This document shows positions 10,832-19,972 of a stretch of DNA of 30,663 nucleotides, one piece after another; the first letter of the stretch is position 1, and every line of letters starts with the position of its first letter. The stretch spans positions 1 through 30,663 of the forward strand of contig JAYNIA010000033.1 of the NCBI GenBank assembly GCA_038108555.1. The letters run 5' to 3'. The position numbers and the translations under genes were made by a program. Under the pieces are notes generated by a model, which saw nothing but the letters and a program-made list of their open reading frames with translations, did no database searches and was not told the DNA's origin. The DNA is from Nitrospinota bacterium. Lineage in GTDB: Bacteria; Nitrospinota; Nitrospinia; Nitrospinales; VA-1.

Positions 10832-11845
10832 ATGGCTTTCAATAGAATTTTGGGGCATGAAAAACCCCGACAAATCCTAAACAATGCACTCCAAAACAGC
10901 AGCGTTGCGCACGCCTACCTGTTTTATGGGCAGGAAAGTATTGGCAAAAAACAAATTGCTATTGAGTTTGCCAAATCCCTGAATTGTGAATCTGGGACGG
11001 AAGGTGAACCTTGCGACAATTGCATCACCTGCCAAAAAATTGATAACCGGACCCACCCGGACTTCTTTTATCTGGAACCTGTAAAAAGCACTCCAACTGC
11101 CCGTGAGGCAAGTATTAAAATAGAAGCGATAAGAGAGTTACAAAGGAAGCTCGCTTTTCGTCCTTATGAAGGAAAAGTAAAAGTAGCCGTCATTGATGAT
11201 GCCGACCTTATGAATTTACAGGCGGCCAATTCATTTTTAAAAACTCTGGAAGAACCACCTTCAGCAACAATTTTAATTTTAATCTCCTCTCATCCGTTCA
11301 AATTGTTACCAACCATAATTTCCAGATGCCAGACCATAAAGTTTCAACCACTCATTCCTGAAAACGTAAAAAAGATCTTGCAGGAATCTTTTTCCGAGGA
11401 GGAAGTTGATGAAAACACCATTACCTTCCGCACTCTTCGCTCTCGTGGAAGCGTAAAAAAAGCATTGGCAGAAGACATGGAAGATATTGCGAATATCCGA
11501 AAGGAAATCGTGAACCTTTTGGAACTCATCTCCTTTGATCGGATGGATATCGTTTTCTCGCATGCAAAATCCTGGGCCAGCCAATCGGACCAATGGGAAA
11601 CCCTGCTCAATGAACTGATGGAGTTGGTGCGTGACCTTGCCTTTTTTCGATCCGGGTGTTCGGAGTCTGAAATTTACAATCGTGATATTGCCACCACATT
11701 AAAACCCCTGGCGCAAAAAAGAAGTGTAAAATCTTGGCTGGATATGTTTCATGCCATCCACAACACCAAAATGGCTTTGTCTGGAAACGCAAACGCGCAA
11801 CTATTTTTTGAAAATATGCTCATAGATTTTTGTGAAGTCGCATAG
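10832..11845 (+). CDS. holB: DNA polymerase III delta' subunit
   Basis: HAYLFYG, C...CDNCITC zinc motif, HPDF, AANSFLKTLEEP, LLPTIISRC. Confidence 0.95.
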   Translation: MAFNRILGHEKPRQILNNALQNSSVAHAYLFYGQESIGKKQIAIEFAKSLNCESGTEGEPCDNCITCQKIDNRTHPDFFYLEPVKSTPTAREASIKIEAIRELQRKLAFRPYEGKVKVAVIDDADLMNLQAANSFLKTLEEPPSATILILISSHPFKLLPTIISRCQTIKFQPLIPENVKKILQESFSEEEVDENTITFRTLRSRGSVKKALAEDMEDIANIRKEIVNLLELISFDRMDIVFSHAKSWASQSDQWETLLNELMELVRDLAFFRSGCSESEIYNRDIATTLKPLAQKRSVKSWLDMFHAIHNTKMALSGNANAQLFFENMLIDFCEVA

Positions 11846-11850
11846 CAATC

Positions 11851-12726
11851 ATGAATGCAACAATAGAAGAAACAAAAAGTACAGAGTCTACCCCGGAAAA
11901 ACCCAAATTTCTAATCGGGGTCCGTATAAACAACCAGGTCAAGTCCCAACTCTATGACCCTAAAGACCTGAAACTGAGGGTGGGGATGCCTGTCATGGTC
12001 AATACCAGTCAGGGACTCAAATTGGGCCGGGTTGCATCCAACAAGATTATTAATATTTTTAAAAACAAAGATCAAAATTATTACAAAGTTCTTCGCATTG
12101 CTAATGAGAACGACTTCCAGGCCGAAAACAGGCGCCAAAAGACAGAACAGAAAGCTCAATCCATATGCTCTGAGAAAATTGTAGAACTAAAGTTACCGAT
12201 GAGCTTGAGCCGGGTAGTCCATCAACCTCATATGAACAAAACCATTTTCTTTTTCACCGCAGAAGGACGTGTCGATTTCCGGCAACTCATCCGCGACCTT
12301 GCATCAAGTCTGCGACACCGAATAGAAATGAAGCAGGTCGGTGTGAGGGATGAGGCAAAAGTGATTGGAGGTTTTGGAATTTGTGGAGAGACATTGTGCT
12401 GCTCTTCCTGGTTGCCAGACTTCACCCCGGTCACAATAAAAATGGCAAAGACTCAGGGGTTGGCATTAAACCCCAGTAAAATCTCAGGGTTATGCGGAAG
12501 GCTGATGTGTTGCCTTCAATACGAGCATGAAAATTATAAAGAACTGGCTAGAGGTCTTCCCAGAGTCAACAGCCATATTCAGACCCCTGACGGTCCCGGC
12601 AAAGTTTTAAAAAATGAGATTCTGGATCAAAAAATTATCGTACGCCTTGATGATGAAAGTATTATGACCTATCACAAAGAAGAGCTAAAAACGAAACCGC
12701 AGCAATCCAAAACCCCGGAAAACTGA
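11851..12726 (+). CDS. PSP1-domain protein (YaaT/RicT-like)
   Basis: FTAEGRVDFR, GICGETLCC, SKISGLCGRLMCCLQYE; conserved position after holB. Confidence 0.93.
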   Translation: MNATIEETKSTESTPEKPKFLIGVRINNQVKSQLYDPKDLKLRVGMPVMVNTSQGLKLGRVASNKIINIFKNKDQNYYKVLRIANENDFQAENRRQKTEQKAQSICSEKIVELKLPMSLSRVVHQPHMNKTIFFFTAEGRVDFRQLIRDLASSLRHRIEMKQVGVRDEAKVIGGFGICGETLCCSSWLPDFTPVTIKMAKTQGLALNPSKISGLCGRLMCCLQYEHENYKELARGLPRVNSHIQTPDGPGKVLKNEILDQKIIVRLDDESIMTYHKEELKTKPQQSKTPEN

Positions 12727-12729
12727 AAC

Positions 12730-14646
12730 ATGAGCGATAAAAAATTTTATATCACCACCCCCATATATTACGTAAACGATGTGCCGCATATCGGACATGC
12801 CTACACCACCATCGCCGCAGATGTAGCGGCTCGATTCAAAAGATTGGATGGGTATGAGGTTTTCTTCTTAACGGGAACGGATGAGCATGGGCAAAAAGTC
12901 CAGCAGGCCGCACAGGAAAAAAAAGTAACTCCGCAAGAGCATGTGGACAAACTCCATCAAAGATTTAAAGAGCTATGGGTGAAATTCAATATTTCCAACA
13001 GTGATTTCATCCGCACAACCGAAGAGCGGCACAAAGTATTGGTCCGCGACATCCTCCAATCCCTTTTCGACAAAGACGAAATATATCGTGACAGCTATGA
13101 AGGCTGGTATTGCACCCCCTGTGAGAGATTCTGGACTGAAAAAGATTTGTTAGAGGGCAATTGCCCGGAATGCAAACGTAAAGTTGAAAAAATAAAGGAA
13201 CATAATTATTTTTTTCGAATGGGAAAATATCAGGAATGGCTCGTTCAAAAAATAAAAGAAGATCCCCATTTTATTCTTCCCACATCACGAAGAAATGAAG
13301 TTTTAGGATTTTTGGACAAGCCTCTGGAGGATCTTTGTATCTCCCGTCCCAAATCCCGGCTGCCCTGGGGCATTCCCCTACCCTTTGATGAAGAATACGT
13401 TACCTATGTCTGGTTTGATGCACTTATCAACTACATCTCCATACACGGTTCACTCGAAGATATTAAAGCCAGCGGCTACTGGCCAGCGGACCACAACATG
13501 GTCGGGAAAGACATTTTGACCACACACGCGGTTTATTGGTCCACCATGCTCAAGGCCATTGGACTGGAACCTCCAAAAAATATTTTTGCTCACGGCTGGT
13601 GGACAGTGAATGGACAAAAGATGTCCAAGTCTCTTCAAAATGTTGTAGAGCCGAATCAACTTGCTGACCAATTCGGGGTGGATGTCATTCGCTACTTTCT
13701 TTTAAGGGAAGTCCCTTTTGGGTTGGATGGAGACTTTTCCCACAAAGCTTTGATCGGAAGGCTAAACAGTGACCTGGCAAACAATCTGGGAAACCTTTTG
13801 AATCGCACCGTCAATATGATTAAAAAATATTTCGATGGCACCCTTCCAACACCTGCTACCAAAGGTGATGAAGACGGGCCGTTGGAAAGCAAAGCCAGTG
13901 AGGTCGTGGAACAGGTGCGCAAACATTATGACGAACTTGCCTTCAACAAAATCCTGCAAAAGATTTGGGAGTTGGTAGACACCACCAACCAATATATTGA
14001 CAAAACCGGTCCCTGGAATTTAGCAAAAACTGAGGATGGTAAAGAACGGCTGAAAACAGTGATGTATAACGCTGCCGAATCCTTGCGCGTCCTCGGCGTT
14101 TTGCTATTCCCCTTTATGCCCAAAAGCTGTGAGTCCTTGATGGCGCAACTGGGCTCTGAAAAGTCCATTGAGGAACAGGGAATGGATTCGCTTGAAAAAT
14201 GGGGGCAATTAAAACCGGGCAACCAGACCCAAAAAGCAAAACAACTTTTCCCAAGAATAGAAGACAAACAAGCAGCAAAAATTCTCGCAGAGCTGGAAAC
14301 GGAAAACAAAAAAGACGAAGGGGATAAAATCACCATTGACGAGTTTATGAAAGTCGATTTGCGAACAGGCAAAATACTGGAAGCGGAAAAAGTCAAGAAA
14401 TCGAAAAAACTTATTCAACTCAAGGTCGATATAGGCACCGAAACAAGGCAAATTCTTGCAGGAATTGCAGAAAGCTACGAACCCGAAGATCTGGTGGGAA
14501 GAACCGTAATTATCGTTGCCAATCTCAAACCCGCGAAGTTGATGGGAATCGAATCGCAGGGCATGGTACTGGCGGCAAGCAATAATGGCACTATTATGCT
14601 TGCCGGATTCGACCAGGAACCGGGACAAGGTATTCAAGTACGATGA
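12730..14646 (+). CDS. metG: Methionyl-tRNA synthetase with C-terminal tRNA-binding domain
   Basis: HIGH, GTDEHG, CxxC...CxxC knuckle, KMSKS, C-terminal ANLKPAKLMGIESQGM. Confidence 0.98.
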   Translation: MSDKKFYITTPIYYVNDVPHIGHAYTTIAADVAARFKRLDGYEVFFLTGTDEHGQKVQQAAQEKKVTPQEHVDKLHQRFKELWVKFNISNSDFIRTTEERHKVLVRDILQSLFDKDEIYRDSYEGWYCTPCERFWTEKDLLEGNCPECKRKVEKIKEHNYFFRMGKYQEWLVQKIKEDPHFILPTSRRNEVLGFLDKPLEDLCISRPKSRLPWGIPLPFDEEYVTYVWFDALINYISIHGSLEDIKASGYWPADHNMVGKDILTTHAVYWSTMLKAIGLEPPKNIFAHGWWTVNGQKMSKSLQNVVEPNQLADQFGVDVIRYFLLREVPFGLDGDFSHKALIGRLNSDLANNLGNLLNRTVNMIKKYFDGTLPTPATKGDEDGPLESKASEVVEQVRKHYDELAFNKILQKIWELVDTTNQYIDKTGPWNLAKTEDGKERLKTVMYNAAESLRVLGVLLFPFMPKSCESLMAQLGSEKSIEEQGMDSLEKWGQLKPGNQTQKAKQLFPRIEDKQAAKILAELETENKKDEGDKITIDEFMKVDLRTGKILEAEKVKKSKKLIQLKVDIGTETRQILAGIAESYEPEDLVGRTVIIVANLKPAKLMGIESQGMVLAASNNGTIMLAGFDQEPGQGIQVR

Positions 14647-16034
14647 TTATTGATACCCACGCACATATCGATGTTTCCGATTATGAAGAAGACAGGGAAG
14701 CTGTAATCCAGCGAGCCCGAGAGAGCGGTGTTCAATACATGCTGAATATCGGTTGCGATGTTGAAAGCAGCTACCGGTCCATGGAACTGGCGGAACAATA
14801 TGATTTTATATACGCCACCGCAGGAATTCATCCGCACGATGTAAAATCCATTGACCAGGATACCTTTGCCCACCTTCGGCAATTGCTCACCCATCCCAAA
14901 GTAGTTGCATTGGGAGAAATTGGTCTCGATTACTACAAAAATTATTCCCCACAGGATTTACAAAGAACGCATTTCCACAATCAGGTTCAGTTGGCGCGCG
15001 ACATGGACAAACCCATTGTGGTTCACAGCCGGGATGCCAAGGAAGATATTATTTCAATTTTGTCCGAGTTCTACCCGAAAGACCCGACCGCGCATTCGGG
15101 AATCTTCCATTGTTTTTCGGGGGATCAGGAATTGGCCGATGCCGCTCTTGAAATGGGATTTTATATTTCGTTTTCAGGGTCCGTCACTTTTAAAAAAGCA
15201 GATGACCTCCGGGAAGTTGCTAAAAACATTCCAGCAGATCGTCTGTTTGCAGAAACCGATTGCCCTTATCTCACTCCGGTGCCTCATCGGGGCAAACGAA
15301 ACGAACCTGCATACGTTAATTTTACTGCTGAAAAACTTGCGGAAATTCGTGGTTTAAAAATTGAAGACGTAGAACGGACTATGGCGTTAAACTTTTTCGA
15401 GTTGTTTGGCATTGGTAAGCAAGCCAAGACGGGAACGGTTTCTTATAAAATTCGAAACTCCCTTTATCTCAACCTGACACAACGTTGCACCGCCGATTGT
15501 GTATTCTGCACACGCCTTACCAAACCCGTGGTCCAGGGTTACAATTTAAAACTTGACCGGGAACCCACGGCTCAGGAAGTCTGGGAGTCCATTGACGATC
15601 CCAAAAAATATGACGAAGTGGTTTTTTGCGGATTCGGTGAACCCACCCTGCGACTGGATGTTATCAAAGAAGTTTCCAAAAAGATCAAGGACGCCGGAGG
15701 TCGAGTCAGACTCAACACCAACGGTCACGGAAACGTAATCAATAAACGCAACATCCTTCCCGAACTATCAGGGCTTATAGACGAAGTATCAGTAAGCCTC
15801 AATGCCGATTCCTCGGACGCCTACGATGAAATCGTTCAGCCTTTACCCATGCTTAGAAATGGCATTTACTACAAAGTAAAAGAATTCATTGAAGAAGCCA
15901 AAAAACATATCCCCGAGGTGCAAGCCTCCATTGTCACACATCAACGCGGAGTTGATGAATCCCAATGTGAAGACATCGCCAACAACGAATTTGGCGTTAA
16001 ATACCGAGCACGCAGATATAACATTGTCGGTTAA
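14643..16034 (+). CDS. TatD-family nuclease fused to a TatD-associated radical SAM domain
   Basis: DTHAH, GIHPH, GEIGLDY, HCFSG, ETDCPY, then YLNLTQRCTADCVFC (CxxxCxxC), FCGFGEP, RLNTNG in one frame. Confidence 0.9.
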   Translation: MIIDTHAHIDVSDYEEDREAVIQRARESGVQYMLNIGCDVESSYRSMELAEQYDFIYATAGIHPHDVKSIDQDTFAHLRQLLTHPKVVALGEIGLDYYKNYSPQDLQRTHFHNQVQLARDMDKPIVVHSRDAKEDIISILSEFYPKDPTAHSGIFHCFSGDQELADAALEMGFYISFSGSVTFKKADDLREVAKNIPADRLFAETDCPYLTPVPHRGKRNEPAYVNFTAEKLAEIRGLKIEDVERTMALNFFELFGIGKQAKTGTVSYKIRNSLYLNLTQRCTADCVFCTRLTKPVVQGYNLKLDREPTAQEVWESIDDPKKYDEVVFCGFGEPTLRLDVIKEVSKKIKDAGGRVRLNTNGHGNVINKRNILPELSGLIDEVSVSLNADSSDAYDEIVQPLPMLRNGIYYKVKEFIEEAKKHIPEVQASIVTHQRGVDESQCEDIANNEFGVKYRARRYNIVG

Positions 16035-16099
16035 AGCCGATCCCCAACCAGCATAGCCCTCTTTATAAATAAATTTTCATTTTTGGCCCCTTTTTGCTT

Positions 16100-16189
16100 T
16101 GTAGTATTCCTACTACAAGAAAATTCAAAACCCACCTCAAAAACTTGGTCCTTTACGCGATTTTTTTTACCTCTCTGTAATCCTATCCT
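16100..16189 (+). promoter_or_regulatory. Operator/promoter module, copy 1
   Basis: TGTAGTA-TTCC-TACTACA (16100-16117), AAAACTTGGTCCTTTACGCGATTTTTT (16140-16166), -10-like TATCCT (16184-16189). Same architecture as at 18252. Confidence 0.75.
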
Positions 16190-16265
16190 TTACTTAGGCA
16201 TAAACAAAAACCATTAAACGGTTTTATTCGATACAGGTTCTAATTATTAAAGGAAAGGAATCATC

Positions 16266-16775
16266 ATGAAAAAAATGTATGGACTTGGCCTATTAGTGCT
16301 GGGGATTTACCTATCTCTCAGCATGGCCGCCTCCATTCCAGCTTCTGCATCCAGCGATAGCGAAAAAGAACTGGAAGCCATAAAAAAAGAGTTTTCCGCC
16401 GTATTAAATCTCAAAGGAACAGCCCGGAAAGAGATTAATGCAATTGCAAACCTTTTAGCACCAGGTTCAAAACTGGCAGCAATAGATATACGAAAAGCAA
16501 GTGGCGAATTCTGCATGCTGGAAACGGTCACAAAGCACAATATGACCCATTTCTCCTCAAATCCGGAGAGCACACATGAAGACATTGTCTATTACCTGAA
16601 CCCAAAAACCTTTATTGAAAATGGATTGGATGTCAGCAAACTCCCCAAACAACCAAAAGTGTTGGGGGAAATGGTCCCCCTGCAATGGTACTACTACGAC
16701 GGAACCTACGTTGAGCCACATCAGGGAACCCGAATGAACAAAGAGTTTGTCATCATGACGGTTAACGTTAAATAG
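16266..16775 (+). CDS. Secreted protein of unknown function
   Basis: Signal peptide, AAGGA RBS; C/M/H residues (EFCML, HNMTHF, EPHQG). No family recognised. Confidence 0.8.
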   Translation: MKKMYGLGLLVLGIYLSLSMAASIPASASSDSEKELEAIKKEFSAVLNLKGTARKEINAIANLLAPGSKLAAIDIRKASGEFCMLETVTKHNMTHFSSNPESTHEDIVYYLNPKTFIENGLDVSKLPKQPKVLGEMVPLQWYYYDGTYVEPHQGTRMNKEFVIMTVNVK

Positions 16776-17132
16776 GTTTTCAATCGGTCCGCTGGTTCCG
16801 ATTCTCATTTTTCACAACTGCTTCACAGCAGAGAGTAGGAATTAGCGGGCTTTAACAAAATTTTAATAGAGTTTTATAATTTAAAAATCCCCTGCCGGCA
16901 AACAATAAAAATCTTAAAAATGGGTTTCCAAAAACTGAAATATTCTCCTTTAAGAAATTGAAGGATAAGGAGGTCTGGCAAATTATTTTTTATATTCGCA
17001 AACTAGCTCAGTAAGAGAAAAGGAACCAAAGTTTATTTTCACTTCCCCATTCCTTTACCATTACCAACTCGTTAACATTTTAACAGCCCTAATGTTAAAC
17101 TTTTATTAACCCTAAATTGAAGGAGAACTTTA

Positions 17133-17546
17133 ATGAAAAAGCTTAACCTGATTCTTATCACTTTTTTTATGCTTTCCCTGGTCGCGTCTTATGCGGTTGC
17201 AGGGGACTACCGTGCAGTGACCATAGTTTCACCTGAAAATGGTGCAACCGTGAGCAGTCCTGTCAAAGTCTGTATGAAACCCTGGGGAGTTGAATTTGAG
17301 CCTGCCAAAAAGGGAGTCAATGACGGCAAAGGACATAACCATATTCTGGTGGACGTAGCTATCCCCAGTGACCTGAGCCAACCAATCGGAAAAGATGCCA
17401 ACCACATCCATATGGGTGATGGATCTTCCTGCAAAAGCATACAGCTTTCAGCGGGTAAACATACAATTAGAACTCTGTTCGCAAAGGGAAATCATGTCCC
17501 TTATGATCCACCGCTGACAGACTCTATCGTTGTAACGGTAAAATAA
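17133..17546 (+). CDS. DUF4399-domain secreted protein
   Basis: Signal peptide; SPENGATVSSPV, GHNHILVD, HIHMGDG, GKHTI, HVPY patterns; AGGAG RBS. Confidence 0.85.
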   Translation: MKKLNLILITFFMLSLVASYAVAGDYRAVTIVSPENGATVSSPVKVCMKPWGVEFEPAKKGVNDGKGHNHILVDVAIPSDLSQPIGKDANHIHMGDGSSCKSIQLSAGKHTIRTLFAKGNHVPYDPPLTDSIVVTVK

Positions 17547-17615
17547 ACGAGCGCATTCCATTGGGGAGCCGTTGCCCAACGGTTCTCCAATGGAACCCTA
17601 AATGAGGAAGACCAC

Positions 17616-18245
17616 ATGAAACCTTCTTTAATTTTTTTCTTTTTGACGATTGCCATATCCAATCCTTTCCCAGCGGCAGCCAACACTTCCTCTATCCCAT
17701 CTTCCAAAAAAGTTTTAAATAATGCATACAACCCGGACACATTAATTGTTGCGCACAGGATGGGATGCGGTCCTAACAGACATAGACATGATGACGATTG
17801 CATGCACCGGGGAAGACAACATCGCCGAGGAAGAAGGCATGGAATGATGCACGGTATGGGACGTGGGCCAGGATTGGAGGGGGAAGCTCAGTGCCCCCAA
17901 CCAAGATCTACTGCAAAAGCTCCTGAAGGAATTTATGAAAGCAGCAACCCTTTGAAAAACACCCCGGAAAATATTGAAGAAGTTCGTTTGCTTTTTCAAC
18001 TCAACGCGCAACCCACCTGCACAATGTGCCATGGATCGGGCGACGGATTGGGAATGATGAGCGGAGGATTGAATCCACCCCCAAGAAACTTCATGTGCAA
18101 AGAAACAATGGAAAATATTCCAGATGGACAGCTATTTTGGATCATTAAAAACGGTTCTCCCGGTACAGGCATGCCTGCATTCTCAGAATTGGCGGATGAA
18201 CAAATTTGGAGCCTCATCCTTTTCATCAGGCAATTGGGCGAATAG
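17616..18245 (+). CDS. Monoheme cytochrome c with His/Arg/Met-rich N-terminal extension
   Basis: Signal peptide, CTMCH, PRNF, LFWIIKNGSPGTGMPAF (Met ligand); GAGGA RBS. Confidence 0.88.
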   Translation: MKPSLIFFFLTIAISNPFPAAANTSSIPSSKKVLNNAYNPDTLIVAHRMGCGPNRHRHDDDCMHRGRQHRRGRRHGMMHGMGRGPGLEGEAQCPQPRSTAKAPEGIYESSNPLKNTPENIEEVRLLFQLNAQPTCTMCHGSGDGLGMMSGGLNPPPRNFMCKETMENIPDGQLFWIIKNGSPGTGMPAFSELADEQIWSLILFIRQLGE

Positions 18246-18251
18246 AGAATA

Positions 18252-18319
18252 TGTAGTAGTCTTACTACAAAAACTTGGTCTTTTTAGCGATTTTTTATAA
18301 ATCCTTCCCTCCCTATAAT
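18252..18319 (+). promoter_or_regulatory. Operator/promoter module, copy 2
   Basis: TGTAGTA-GTCT-TACTACA (18252-18269), AAAACTTGGTCTTTTTAGCGATTTTTT (18270-18296), TATAAT (18314-18319). Confidence 0.78.
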
Positions 18320-18363
18320 AAAAATAGTTAAAACTTATTAACTATCACCATAAGGAGGAAATC

Positions 18364-18573
18364 ATGACACATTGCAACGTTGGCCCTACAGACCGTGGTT
18401 TAAGACTGATAGTGGGTATTATTTTAATCGGTTATGGAACCTATCTCGCCGGAACCACAGGAATCGTGATGGGCGTTGTGGGGCTGATCCCCTTAGTCAC
18501 CGGACTGGCCGGAAGATGCCCAGCCTATTCCCTTTTCAAAATCAACACCTGCAGGACCAATAATCCTGTTTAA
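18364..18573 (+). CDS. DUF2892 (YgaP-like membrane domain) protein
   Basis: NVGPTDRGLR, two TMs, CPAYSLFKINTC; TAAGGAGG RBS. Confidence 0.9.
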   Translation: MTHCNVGPTDRGLRLIVGIILIGYGTYLAGTTGIVMGVVGLIPLVTGLAGRCPAYSLFKINTCRTNNPV

Positions 18574-18597
18574 TTTATTGGAAAATTGAATATTTCC

Positions 18598-18968
18598 ATG
18601 AAAAATAAGATCAAATACAAAAGAGCAAGCTGAGGGATCCTGGCTTTATTGTTAGGGTCCCTTCTGGTCATAAATTGGACCTCATTGGCTCTGGCTTTTA
18701 CCCGGATGTGTACGCTCCACAGGTACCGTTGGAGAAACTGGAAACACAGCAAGAAACGAAAAATCCGTTCCCGGCCACACCTGAAAGGATTGAAGCCGGC
18801 AGAAAAATTTATTTCGGCAAAGGCCTTTGTGTGACTTGCCATAGCAAAAATGGAAGCCCGGGAACTGGAATGCCGGTTTGGGTTGGAAAAGTGATATCAG
18901 AAGAAGAAGGTTGGAATGCCATTCATTTTATAAGGATTTTTAGAGGAGAGAAAGCCAATGACCATTAG
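18598..18968 (+). pseudogene. Degenerate monoheme cytochrome c
   Basis: ATG at 18598, in-frame TGA at 18631-18633 within the signal peptide, frameshift near 18694-18702, and CVTCHSKNG joined directly to SPGTGMP (internal deletion relative to the paralog at 17616). Confidence 0.75.
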
Positions 18969-19968
18969 AAGAAATTGTTCCTCCCTGCATACCCTTATTT
19001 TTTTTATAGCCGCATTTTTTTTCAGCTCGACACAAGTCTGGGCGAGCGATGGAACAAAAGCTAAAGATATAATTCAAAATCAATGTTCTTCCTGCCATAA
19101 ATTTGAAGGAAAGCCCGAATCCAAATTCAACCTGAAAGGCCCCGACTTGATGTGGGCGGGAAACAAATACCAACGCCCCTGGTTGATCCGTTGGCTCACC
19201 GGCAAAGAAGAAAATCTCTATCCCAAAGGGTATCGCTGGGACCAATCCCAAAAACAAATCAAACACCCGACACTTTCATCATCCGATGCTAATAAAGTCG
19301 CAGATTATTTTGCAAAACACTTTAAAGATTCGCGGATTAAAAAAAGTTTCGTCGACCTGTCCACTTTTACCGAAAGGGAAGCCGAGTTTGGCGCAGAAAT
19401 TTATAAACAATTTTCCTGCCTGGGTTGCCATCAAATAAAGGAAGATGGAAAGAAAATTGGTGGTCCCATTAGTGTCAACCTCTACGACGCAGGGAATCGA
19501 TACAATCTCGACTGGTGGTCGCGCTTCGCAGAAAACCCACAGGACTTCACTCCACATAGTGGTGAATACCTGGCAGACATCAGTATGCTGGGAGCCAGAT
19601 ATATCATCGGATACGTGATGACCCTTGGGGTTGACGATTTCAAATATTATGAACCGTGGACGAGCAAGGAATTTAAAAATACGAATACTAAAAATGGTGC
19701 TCGGGTTTACAAAGAATATTGTGTCCAATGTCACGGTGTCCAGGGCAAAGGGGATGGACCCGGAGCTTCAGGGTTGGACCCGAAACCTGCGGTTCATGCA
19801 GAATTGCCCTTAAGCGATTATCCGGAAGATTATCTTTATAACCTACTCTTTTATGGTGGAAAATCCGTTGGCAAATCTCCCAACATGCCCGACTGGGGTC
19901 TTACCATTCCAACCCAGGACCTGGCAGATTTAATGGCTTATTTAAGGGCCACTTTTAAAGGGGAATAA
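18958..19968 (+). CDS. Triheme c-type cytochrome (three class I-like domains)
   Basis: Signal peptide (…QVWA); CSSCH, CLGCH, CVQCH; GPDL and MPDW motifs. Confidence 0.9.
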   Translation: MTIRRNCSSLHTLIFFIAAFFFSSTQVWASDGTKAKDIIQNQCSSCHKFEGKPESKFNLKGPDLMWAGNKYQRPWLIRWLTGKEENLYPKGYRWDQSQKQIKHPTLSSSDANKVADYFAKHFKDSRIKKSFVDLSTFTEREAEFGAEIYKQFSCLGCHQIKEDGKKIGGPISVNLYDAGNRYNLDWWSRFAENPQDFTPHSGEYLADISMLGARYIIGYVMTLGVDDFKYYEPWTSKEFKNTNTKNGARVYKEYCVQCHGVQGKGDGPGASGLDPKPAVHAELPLSDYPEDYLYNLLFYGGKSVGKSPNMPDWGLTIPTQDLADLMAYLRATFKGE

Positions 19969-19972
19969 TCCA

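Noticed and set aside
16967..16978. 12-mer AAGGAGGTCTGG also present inverted at 10783-10794
   Set aside because: Short and SD-like, with no convincing ORF following either copy; could be chance.
17072..17098. TTAACATT-N11-AATGTTAA inverted repeat upstream of DUF4399
   Set aside because: AT-rich, single occurrence, does not match the TGTAGTA motif; insufficient support for an operator call.
18631..18633. In-frame TGA as possible selenocysteine or readthrough
   Set aside because: It lies in a signal peptide of a gene that also has a frameshift and a deletion; simple decay (probably TGG to TGA) explains it.
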